Positions 28,798 through 38,141 of a DNA stretch of 54,403 bases are shown piece by piece; the first letter of the stretch is position 1; each line of letters opens with the position of its first letter. The stretch lies in contig JBDTZG010000036.1 in NCBI GenBank assembly GCA_040005235.1, positions 1 to 54,403 of the forward strand, written 5' to 3'. The notes under the pieces are model-generated. The model saw only the letters and a program-made list of their open reading frames with translations, did no database searches and was not told where the DNA came from. This DNA is from Acidobacteriota bacterium (GTDB lineage: Bacteria > Acidobacteriota > Thermoanaerobaculia > Multivoradales > UBA5704). A program made the translations under genes and the position numbers.

Positions 28798-30369
28798 ATG
28801 AAAAGAGTCATTCTCATCCTTATTCTCTCCGCCCTCATCTGCGCTTCAGGCTTGCGCGCGGGAACCTTTCGGGAAGCGACGAGAGACGGCATCCCGGGCC
28901 AATACATCGTGGTTTTACGCGAAAGCTCCGCGAAGCTCGGTGTCCTATCCAAGGCTTCCCCGTTGCCCACGGTGGCCGAAGCGGCTTCCGGTTTGGCGAA
29001 GCGATATGGGATCTCGATCGGAAAAGTCTGGGACCGAGCGCTTCGCGGTTTCGTGATGCAGGGCACCGAAGACGACGCCAAAAGGCTCGCCGCGCATCCC
29101 TGGGTGGAAAGCGTGGAGCAGAGCTTCGAGGGCAAGGCGGAGGATCTGGTGGCTTCTCCCGTCAGGAGCTGCTACAGCCTCGACAGCTATCCTTGGGGGT
29201 CTTTGGTTGGCAGGCCGGTAACTTCTGCCAGCCCCCAGACGATCACGTGCGTCGACTCCGATCCGACGCACGACCTCGGTTCGACGACCCAGGCGCCTCA
29301 GTGTCGTGACAACTGGGGTTTGGACCGGATCGATCAGCGAAGCTCCGTGCGAGACGGTCTCTATACCTTCGACCGCACCGGCCGCGTTCCGGGCGTAACC
29401 CATCCCGTGGTCATGTTCCTGGATCTGGGTTTGAATGCCCGGCATCAGGAGTTCATCGGTCTCGACGGGAGAAACCGCGCGGCCGTGATCGACATGTCGG
29501 GAGACCGTAGGTGCCCGATCGATTCGGACACCTACGGGCATGGAACGCACGTCGCCTCGATCGCCGCGGGCCGAACCTTCGGCGTCGCGAAGGATGTCGA
29601 CGTCTTGATGATCAAGGCGACCGACTGCAACCTCGCCTATCAGGCGGATTGGGTGATTTCCGCGTTGAATACCGCGGCCTATCGCAGGCCGGGCGTGTTG
29701 AGCTGGAGCGGCGGCAACTCGCAGTTGGTCGTGTCGAACCATGCGATTCGAACCGCCGTCCAAGGTGTGGTGAATTCCGGAGTCGCCGTAATTCAGGCGG
29801 CGGGCAATCAGTCGTCGCCGTACGTCATTCCGGGAACCTCGCCCGCGGCTTACCCGACTCAGGTCGAGGATGCCTGTTCCTGGACGTTCGGTTCGGTTCC
29901 CGGCGTGATTGTCGTCGGCGGCGTGGATCAAAACGGCTCGCGCTGGACGCGGCATCTTTCCGGCGATCTTGCCGGGAGTTTTTGCCCGCCCCCGAACTGT
30001 GTCCCGAGCAACTTCTGCCTTCCGACCGAGTGTCGAGACCAGTTCGGCCGTTGCCTACCTCTCGATTGCGGCTCGAACGTCGGAACTTGCGTTGACCTTT
30101 GGGCGCCGGCCGCGAATATTCTGGCGGCCGCGGGTCCGCCGGACGATTCCTTCAGCTACTGCCGGCTGAGCGGAACCTCCATGGCGGCCCCTCACGTCGC
30201 AGGAGTCGTCGCCCTATACCTCCAAGCGCACCCAGCGGCCACCCCGGCGGAAGTCGAAGCCGCCCTCAAGTTGAGTGCCACCGCCGGAGTGCTGAATATC
30301 AACACGAGCTCCCCGAACCAAATCGGCCCCGGTTCCCCAAACCTGCTGCTCTACTCGAAAGTGCCCTGA
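28798..30369 (+). CDS. Secreted S8 subtilisin-like serine protease (proteinase K/aqualysin type) with I9 propeptide
   Basis: RBS AAGGAGG; signal peptide; IPGQYIVVL I9 domain; NWGLDRIDQR; catalytic D (FLDLG), H (GHGTHVA), oxyanion N (AAGN) and S (SGTSMAAPHV). Confidence 0.92.
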   Translation: MKRVILILILSALICASGLRAGTFREATRDGIPGQYIVVLRESSAKLGVLSKASPLPTVAEAASGLAKRYGISIGKVWDRALRGFVMQGTEDDAKRLAAHPWVESVEQSFEGKAEDLVASPVRSCYSLDSYPWGSLVGRPVTSASPQTITCVDSDPTHDLGSTTQAPQCRDNWGLDRIDQRSSVRDGLYTFDRTGRVPGVTHPVVMFLDLGLNARHQEFIGLDGRNRAAVIDMSGDRRCPIDSDTYGHGTHVASIAAGRTFGVAKDVDVLMIKATDCNLAYQADWVISALNTAAYRRPGVLSWSGGNSQLVVSNHAIRTAVQGVVNSGVAVIQAAGNQSSPYVIPGTSPAAYPTQVEDACSWTFGSVPGVIVVGGVDQNGSRWTRHLSGDLAGSFCPPPNCVPSNFCLPTECRDQFGRCLPLDCGSNVGTCVDLWAPAANILAAAGPPDDSFSYCRLSGTSMAAPHVAGVVALYLQAHPAATPAEVEAALKLSATAGVLNINTSSPNQIGPGSPNLLLYSKVP

Positions 30370-30396
30370 GCGGCGGCCCGTTCGACCCAATGTCCC

Positions 30397-30432
30397 GGTG
30401 GCGTGCTCAAGAGAGCACGCCGCCTTTTTTTT
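30397..30432 (+). terminator. Rho-independent terminator of the S8 protease gene
   Basis: Stem ggtggcgtgctc / gagcacgccgcc with a 4-nt loop, followed by T8. Confidence 0.85.
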
Positions 30433-30641
30433 GGGGGGGGAAGGCTCCGGTAGAGGTGTCGTGCAGCTCAGTTCGCAAAATAAACGCCGTCACCGTGAAA
30501 GAGCAGGAAGCTTTCCGGAACTGAGACATCGGTACCCGGCCTAAACCCCTCGGTTCCCGAATAGGGTCCGCAGCGTCCGGAGCCCATTCCGCCGCTTGCG
30601 GACAGCGGTGCGCGGTCCGCGAGGCGAGAATCATCGGTACA

Positions 30642-30926
30642 TTGCACTTGTGCAAAGCGTCCGGGCACCTCTGCGCTAGAAAAATGCACCAATGCAAAAC
30701 GTCCGCGCACCAGTGCGCTGAGAAAATGCACCGATGCAAAATCCCGGCGCACCTGTGCACTGACGGATTGCACCACTACAAAATCCCGGCGCATAAGTGC
30801 ATTTCCGGATTGCACCCGTACAAAGTTCCCGCGAACCCGTGCACCGCGCCAGTGCACAACTGCAAAATCCCCGCGCACAGGTGCAATTCGGCGGAGGACC
30901 GCTGCAAAACTCGGTTGCACCGGTGA
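30642..30926. repeat. Degenerate 21-bp tandem array (~13.5 units, 42-bp higher-order period) with a near-palindromic (T/C)GCAC-NNN-TGCA core
   Basis: Units ttgcacttgtgcaaagcgtcc / gggcacctctgcgctagaaaa / atgcaccaatgcaaaacgtcc / gcgcaccagtgcgctgagaaa / atgcaccgatgcaaaatcccg and onward keep an exact 21-nt register. Confidence 0.85.
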
Positions 30927-30972
30927 TCGATGTACTGTCGGTGGTACTTCCCACGAGAAAGAATCCGCCTCT

Positions 30973-31179
30973 TCACCTCAGGCCAGGGCGACCGGCTTCA
31001 GGATTCGCCTCATCCTCGGCGATCCTATCGTCGAGGATCTCGCGATGCCAGGCCGGTACGCCGGGATCATGCCCAGCCTCACCCAGGCTTAGCCAGATCT
31101 CGTCGGCGAACTCGGAGCGCTCTTGGGGCGGAAGATCGAGGACGGATGCGCGGAGTTCGTCTTTGGACAGGATCGCCAT
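30973..31179 (-). pseudogene. Putative addiction-module antitoxin, frameshifted near the C-terminus, with no toxin partner
   Basis: MAILSKDELRASVLDLPPQERSEFADEIWLSL...AWHREILDDRIAE family pattern; adding one C in cgccctgg restores the expected GRPWPEVKRRI end. Confidence 0.65.
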
Positions 31180-31267
31180 GGCCAATATTGTAATCCTAAG
31201 GGTCAACAATTGTGCCGATCGGACGCCGAGCCTTCAGACGGCGGATCGACGAGAATTCCCGGCAGTA

Positions 31268-31299
31268 GGCGGCGTGCCCGAGTGGTCGGGCAAGCCGCC
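31268..31299 (-). terminator. GC-rich hairpin just downstream of the precursor peptide gene
   Basis: ggcggcgtgcccga-gtgg-tcgggcaagccgcc inverted repeat; no U-tract. Confidence 0.45.
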
Positions 31300-31318
31300 G
31301 CACGGTGGAACGGGGGTC

Positions 31319-31516
31319 CTAGCAGTAGTTCGTCGTGCAGGTGTCCGCGCAGGTGAAGCAGGTGTTGTAGCCGCTGTATTGGCAGTTCTCGGGATAGCAG
31401 GTGAAGGATGGACAGTTGTACTGGTTCGACGCTCCGGCGACGTGAACCAACTGGGCACGATCGAGATCGGAGAGAGTTTCGCGATGGAGTACCAACTTCT
31501 TGGCTTTGGATCTCAT
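31319..31516 (-). CDS. RiPP (class I lanthipeptide-like) precursor peptide, Cys/Thr-rich core
   Basis: RBS AGGAGG upstream; leader MRSKAKKLVLHRETLSDLDRAQLVHVAG(A); core SNQYNCPSFTCYPENCQYSGYNTCFTCADTCTTNYC with 7 Cys and 9 Ser/Thr. Confidence 0.8.
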   Translation of the reverse strand: MRSKAKKLVLHRETLSDLDRAQLVHVAGASNQYNCPSFTCYPENCQYSGYNTCFTCADTCTTNYC

Positions 31517-31733
31517 GCTGTAAGTCCTCCTGGGTTGGGCCGGGGTCTGAGTACTCGGGGGCCGAATGCCACGGATGCGGCATCATCTCGGCGTTCCCCG
31601 ATGGGCAATGCGATCCGGCATCTTCAAGCGTGGGTGTGTTCGACCCCACGAAGAGAGACAACATTTGAGTTCGGCTTGAGATGATTTCCGGGAGCGGTCC
31701 TTTCAAACGGCGGATCGGCGACAATCCCTGCCG

Positions 31734-32423
31734 GTGGCTTCCCGAGATCCTCTGGCCGGCCCACGGCCCCCATCTTTCCTGCACCGGGCGTTCGAGCTCG
31801 AAGACGTCGTGCTGGCCGGCTGGTTGCTCGCGCTCGAATCGTTTCTCGCGGCCCGGCTCGATCCCGGGGTTGCGTTCGGGCCGAACGGTTGGCCCTCTCT
31901 GCTCGGTTGGACGGTCTTCGGCGCGTTTCTGATCGTCTTCATCAGCCGCGGTCCCGCTGACTCCGACCTGGATCAGGCGCTCATGCGCCGGATGTTCGTG
32001 CTGGGTCCTCTCGTCTTTTTCCTTTCGATGCTCGCGCCGCTCACGAACTTCGTGGTGCACAAATACCGCACGGCCGGGGCCAAGCGCCTCGGAAACCCGA
32101 GCCCGGTGGCCTGGAGCGGTTGGCCCGGGCCGCCGCTGCCGAACGGACTGCGCCGCTCGCTCGCTCTGCCGTTCACCCTGATGGGCGAGCTTGCCTTCCG
32201 CGGTTCGATCGGCAACGAGGTCGATCTATGGCTGGGCGGCAGGACGCCTTCCGAACTGCCGCCTTTTCTCTTTTTCGCCTTGGCCACCCTCGCCGCAACC
32301 TACGCCTTCCTGGTGGTCGGCCCCCGAGTGATCGCGGGCAGCGATCTCGCGTGGCGCCCCTGGCTCCTGCGTTTCGCTCTCTACCTGGCGGCCTGGGCGG
32401 CCGGCGTGGCCTTTGCCGGTTGA
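31734..32423 (+). CDS. Hypothetical multi-pass membrane protein
   Basis: 229-aa ORF with about 5 hydrophobic segments and host-like codon bias. Confidence 0.65.
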   Translation: MASRDPLAGPRPPSFLHRAFELEDVVLAGWLLALESFLAARLDPGVAFGPNGWPSLLGWTVFGAFLIVFISRGPADSDLDQALMRRMFVLGPLVFFLSMLAPLTNFVVHKYRTAGAKRLGNPSPVAWSGWPGPPLPNGLRRSLALPFTLMGELAFRGSIGNEVDLWLGGRTPSELPPFLFFALATLAATYAFLVVGPRVIAGSDLAWRPWLLRFALYLAAWAAGVAFAG

Positions 32424-32545
32424 GAATCGCGAGATCAAGAGCTTCAATCATAATCCGCGGGTTCTTCCGAGCGCTCCGCCGCTTTTCTTGGGGGGCGTGT
32501 AGGAATCCTACCCTTCCGGTATCTGCGTAGGTCCCTCGTTGATGT

Positions 32546-33601
32546 TTACGACCGAGGAAGGGAGACTACCTTTACGTGCGGCTTGGTGGGCCCCCTCGAC
32601 GGTTTGCCCAGGAACGCCAGAAGCCTTTGCTCGCCTTGGGTCGAATCCCTTCGCGTTCGAGGCGGCCGGCTCGCGAGGCGGTCTTTGAATTTTCCTTCCC
32701 GGAACGATTCGAAGAGAACCGGGTGGATGTAGTGCTTGCGGCAGACGGCGCGCGTGTTTCCCAGGATTCGGGCGACGCGATCGACGACCGCCACGATGGC
32801 TTTTTCCGGCGCCGCCGTTTCCTCTTCGCCCAACTCGGAGAGAGCGACGAGCGCCTCGACGCTGCCGCGCCAGGTGCGGAAATCCTTGGCGGAGCATTCG
32901 ACTCCGGTCAGGCGGCGCAGGTAGTCGTTCACGTCGGTCGAGGTGACCGAGTGCCGCTCGCCGTCGTCGTCCACGTACTGGAACAGCTGCTGACCGGGGA
33001 GATCCTGGCACTGGCGCACGACCCGCGCGAGGCGCGGGCTCTTGATCGACGATTCGTGAAGGATGCCGCTCTTCGCCTTGAACGAGAGCTTGATCTCGTC
33101 CCTTTTCGCCACGGCGTGCCGATTGCGCAGGGTTGTGAGACCGAAAGATCCGTTGCTCCGCCGGTATTCCTCGTTGCCGATTCGGGCGCCGGTGAGGTCG
33201 AGCAGGCGGACCACGGCCGCCAGCACTTTCTCGCGCGGCAGTCCGGAAATCCGCAGGTCGCGCTTCACCGCGCGCCGCAGCCGGGGAAGAGCGCGGCCAA
33301 AATCGGCGAGCCGCGAAAACTTGCTCTCCCCTTGCTTCTCGTGCCAAGTCGGGTGGTAGCGGTACTGCTTCCGGCCCTTGGCATCGCGCCCGGTCGCCTG
33401 AAGATGGCCCTGGGGATCCGGGCTGATCCAGACCCTCTCCCACGCGGGAGGGATCGCCAGCGAGCGAATGCGCGCGAGTGCGGCGGCCTCGGCCGTCTCG
33501 GTCAGCTTTCGGCCTTTGGCGTCCAGGTAGGCGAAACTCGTTCCGCGGCGCACTCTGCGAATTCCGGGTTCGCTGTCGGTAACGTAAGAGAGGGCGCTCA
33601 T
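32546..33601 (-). CDS. Bacterial DNA topoisomerase IB
   Basis: LAIPPAW, GRDAKGRKQYRYH, RIGNE, FKAKSG, KDFRTW and LGNT.AVCRKHYIHP catalytic pentad. Confidence 0.93.
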   Translation of the reverse strand: MSALSYVTDSEPGIRRVRRGTSFAYLDAKGRKLTETAEAAALARIRSLAIPPAWERVWISPDPQGHLQATGRDAKGRKQYRYHPTWHEKQGESKFSRLADFGRALPRLRRAVKRDLRISGLPREKVLAAVVRLLDLTGARIGNEEYRRSNGSFGLTTLRNRHAVAKRDEIKLSFKAKSGILHESSIKSPRLARVVRQCQDLPGQQLFQYVDDDGERHSVTSTDVNDYLRRLTGVECSAKDFRTWRGSVEALVALSELGEEETAAPEKAIVAVVDRVARILGNTRAVCRKHYIHPVLFESFREGKFKDRLASRPPRTRRDSTQGEQRLLAFLGKPSRGPTKPHVKVVSLPRS

Positions 33602-33616
33602 CGCTGAGGCCCGAGG

Positions 33617-33632
33617 TGCAACTCGGGTGCCG
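33617..33632 (-). promoter_or_regulatory. Sigma54 (-24/-12) promoter upstream of topoisomerase IB
   Basis: Minus strand CGGCAC-CCGAG-TTGCA matches YGGCAC-N5-TTGCW; 15 nt upstream of the ATG. Confidence 0.6.
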
Positions 33633-33784
33633 CGACTTATCGCCGATCCCGCGGGGAGCTTCAGGCAACTGTTTCAGCGAGAGGACTACCGGGACGGTAG
33701 AGTCTGCCTCGACGCGCGAAACCCCTCCGCGGCTATACTCCGCGTCCCTTCCGGGTTTTCGAAGCCGGGAAGCCCCCCAAACCC

Positions 33785-35629
<1,845 letters not shown>

Positions 35630-35634
35630 GGTAC

Positions 35635-36330
35635 CTACCGCCCCCAATTCACGATCGTCTCCGCCGCGCGGGCGAGGACCGCCGCCCCGCCTCCGATTTC
35701 AGTCTGCGCCGTGGCCGGTCGTCCTTCGAGGCAGATCCGGGCGCCGTTGGCGACCCGGGATAGAGCGCTCCGGATCTCGGTTTCCAGCCGGGGCTCCGGC
35801 GCTTCCGGAAGGTTCGCGGCCAGCCGTTCGGTCGCCACCTGGAGGGGATAGCAGACGTTTCGCGAGCCGCGGCCGATCGCGGAGCGCAGGGTCTGGAGCG
35901 TTTCGGCGACGAAGCGGGCGAACGGCGGCCCTTCGGCTCGGAACGCCCGGGTCCAGGCCTGGGCGCGCGGGGCGAGCAACCGCAGGCGATCGCCGTCCCG
36001 CTGGTCGCGAACCTGCCGGTCCCGGACGGAGAAATGCGGGGTGATCGAGATCTCGGAAGGCAGGTCCGGATTTACCGGCACCGGATGGTATTCCGGCTCC
36101 GGCGCCTCGGGGGTTTTCGGGTTGTCGGCGTTCGCCGTTTCGGCGGGTCGCTCATTCTTGGCTGCCGCGCGATGTCTCCCGGAGGTTTTGGCTGCCTTGG
36201 GAGCTTTGGGCGCTTTGGGTGCTCGGGCCGCGAAGGCAGGGAGGCCCGCAACGCTCATCCAGAGGAGGACGAGCGCGCAGGAGAACGTGCGACGGGCACG
36301 GGGGGAGGCGGGGGCGAGTGAAAAAATCAT
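35635..36330 (-). CDS. Hypothetical exported protein with an APK-repeat N-terminus
   Basis: Signal peptide, APKAPKAPKAAK low-complexity segment, and a helical C-terminal domain with two Cys. Confidence 0.55.
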   Translation of the reverse strand: MIFSLAPASPRARRTFSCALVLLWMSVAGLPAFAARAPKAPKAPKAAKTSGRHRAAAKNERPAETANADNPKTPEAPEPEYHPVPVNPDLPSEISITPHFSVRDRQVRDQRDGDRLRLLAPRAQAWTRAFRAEGPPFARFVAETLQTLRSAIGRGSRNVCYPLQVATERLAANLPEAPEPRLETEIRSALSRVANGARICLEGRPATAQTEIGGGAAVLARAAETIVNWGR

Positions 36331-36386
36331 TGGCGGTCTCCTCTGGTAGGGTCGGTTCCGCGATCGAAACAGATCCGTAACCCCCT

Positions 36387-37079
36387 ATGACGCTTTTGAC
36401 CCCCCTACTTCTCGATACTTTTCGCGGTCCGGTTGGAAATCCCTCCGGAATCGCTAATCCCTATCGCGACGAGGACGGCGATCTCGACCGATCCGGCGCG
36501 GCTAAGCTGCGGCGGAAAAACCTGCGGATCTACCTCGAACGGGTGGGGGTGCCGCGGCTGGTTCTGCTCGGCGAGGCGATCGGCTACCGCGGCGGACGGT
36601 TTTCGGGCATCCCGTTCACCAGCGAACGGCAGATCGTGGGAACGGGGGGCGAGCGGCTCCCCTGGACCGAAGGGGCGGGCTTCCGCGCCACCAGCCGCCA
36701 TCCTTCCCTCTGGCTCGAACCGTCGGGGACGATCGTCTGGGGCGCGCTTTCCGCGCTGCCGGCTGTACCGCGCGGCGTGCTGCTGTGGAACGCCTTCCCC
36801 TGGCACCCTCAGGGAGCCGCCGGTGCCCTCAGCAACCGGACGCCGGAGCGCTCGATGCTGCGCGAGAACCTTCATATCTTGGAGACGCTGCTCTCGCTTC
36901 TACCCCACCGGGCGCGGATCGCCGCGGTCGGCCGGACGGCGGAGGCGGCGCTCGGGCTGCTGGGGGCGACGGCCGTGCCGCTGCGGCACCCGGCCCATGG
37001 GGGAGCCACCCGGTTCCGCGCCCAGCTCGGAAAGCTTCTCGAAGAAACCGGGATTTCTCGTGCTACCATCGACAGTTAA
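36387..37079 (+). CDS. Uracil-DNA glycosylase superfamily protein
   Basis: LLGEAIGYRGGRFSGIPFTSE, WNAFPWHP, NRTP, AVGR and RHPAHGG motifs. Confidence 0.85.
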   Translation: MTLLTPLLLDTFRGPVGNPSGIANPYRDEDGDLDRSGAAKLRRKNLRIYLERVGVPRLVLLGEAIGYRGGRFSGIPFTSERQIVGTGGERLPWTEGAGFRATSRHPSLWLEPSGTIVWGALSALPAVPRGVLLWNAFPWHPQGAAGALSNRTPERSMLRENLHILETLLSLLPHRARIAAVGRTAEAALGLLGATAVPLRHPAHGGATRFRAQLGKLLEETGISRATIDS

Positions 37080-37131
37080 GAATCGTCGTTCCCTACGAGT
37101 CGTGCCGAGAAAATCGCAGGAGGAGCCGGCC

Positions 37132-37713
37132 ATGATCGCGAAGTCCTTCACCCCCCGCCGCACGGCCCTGGCGTTGGTCTGCGCATTCGCCTTGCTCCTC
37201 GTGGCGCCGGTTGCGCCGGTCGCCGCCGAGACCTACCTGATCACGCTCCAGAACGGCACCTCGATCCAGAGCCGCTACCAGCCGCAGGAGTCGAGCTGGG
37301 ACGCCGGGATGGTGCTGTTCATGACCGAGACCGGCAATTGGATCGGCATGAAAAAGGCGGACATCGTGAGCGTCGAGCAAGAGAACAACCTGCGCGGTTT
37401 CGGCTTCGTGGTCAACCCGACGACCGTGGTGATCGGCTGGGCGCCGAACGATGCGGCGGATCCCAACGCGCCGCAGAACGATGTCGGCGCCCGGCTGCTC
37501 GAAGCGCTGGGCGGCGGCGCCCCGGCTCCCGCTGCGAAACCCTATACGGTGCAGCAGGGGGTGAGCACCGAGCAGACCCAGGGCATTCCGCTCAGCTACG
37601 TGCCGGGCGGCTCGGCGTACGGCGGCGCTCCCCAGCAGTCCGCTCCGGCACCGAACGTGGTCGTGATCCCCCAGGGGACGTCGGGCTCGGAAACTCCGTC
37701 GCCGCAGCCCTAG
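37132..37713 (+). CDS. Hypothetical exported protein, Pro-rich C-terminus
   Basis: RBS AGGAGG; signal peptide ending VAA|ET; strong codon bias. Confidence 0.7.
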   Translation: MIAKSFTPRRTALALVCAFALLLVAPVAPVAAETYLITLQNGTSIQSRYQPQESSWDAGMVLFMTETGNWIGMKKADIVSVEQENNLRGFGFVVNPTTVVIGWAPNDAADPNAPQNDVGARLLEALGGGAPAPAAKPYTVQQGVSTEQTQGIPLSYVPGGSAYGGAPQQSAPAPNVVVIPQGTSGSETPSPQP

Positions 37714-37779
37714 CCGTCGCGATAGACTGCGCCAGCTTTTCCTAACCTCCCCGGCGTGGGGAGGGCTCTTTGACAGACA

Positions 37780-38000
37780 CGATGGAGCGGTGACGGCACG
37801 ATCTCGGAGCGATTCGAGGCGCGCCGTTCGAAAGAGGGAAGCCGGTTGAAAGCCGGCGCGGCCCCCGCCACTGTAACCGGGGACGAAACCGGGACATGCC
37901 ACTGCACGGAAATGGATTTGCGAAGCCTCAGAGCCTCGCGGGTCGTCCGGGCGGGAAGGTCCGGGAGTAGGTAGATCCGGGAGCCAGGAGACCTGCCGAG
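37780..38000 (+). ncRNA. Cobalamin (AdoCbl) riboswitch
   Basis: AAGAGGGAAGCCGGTTGAAAGCCGGCGCGGCCCCCGCCACTGTAA...GCCACTG...GGGAAGG...GAGCCAGGAGACCTGCC (B12 box) upstream of a TonB-dependent receptor. Confidence 0.93.
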
Positions 38001-38141
38001 CCATCCGACGCCACCCGCGGGGTGCGGGCTCGGAGACTCATGTGCCGGTTTGCCCCCAGGGAGACCCGCCCTTGCCCTTCGCCCCGCCTCCGCGCGGGGC
38101 GTCGCACTTTCCGGGCAGATTTGCCAGGAAGGAACCGCCAC

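Noticed and set aside
30642-30926. CRISPR array
   Set aside because: The 21-nt period leaves no room for spacers, the units are degenerate, and there are no cas genes.
31530-31680. Riboswitch or structured leader upstream of the RiPP precursor
   Set aside because: Some hairpins are possible (e.g. cgtggg...cccacg) but I see no known consensus, and chance pairing is likely at this GC content.
32546-33601. Integrase / prophage marker
   Set aside because: Motifs match topoisomerase IB, not a tyrosine recombinase; no phage genes or att sites seen.
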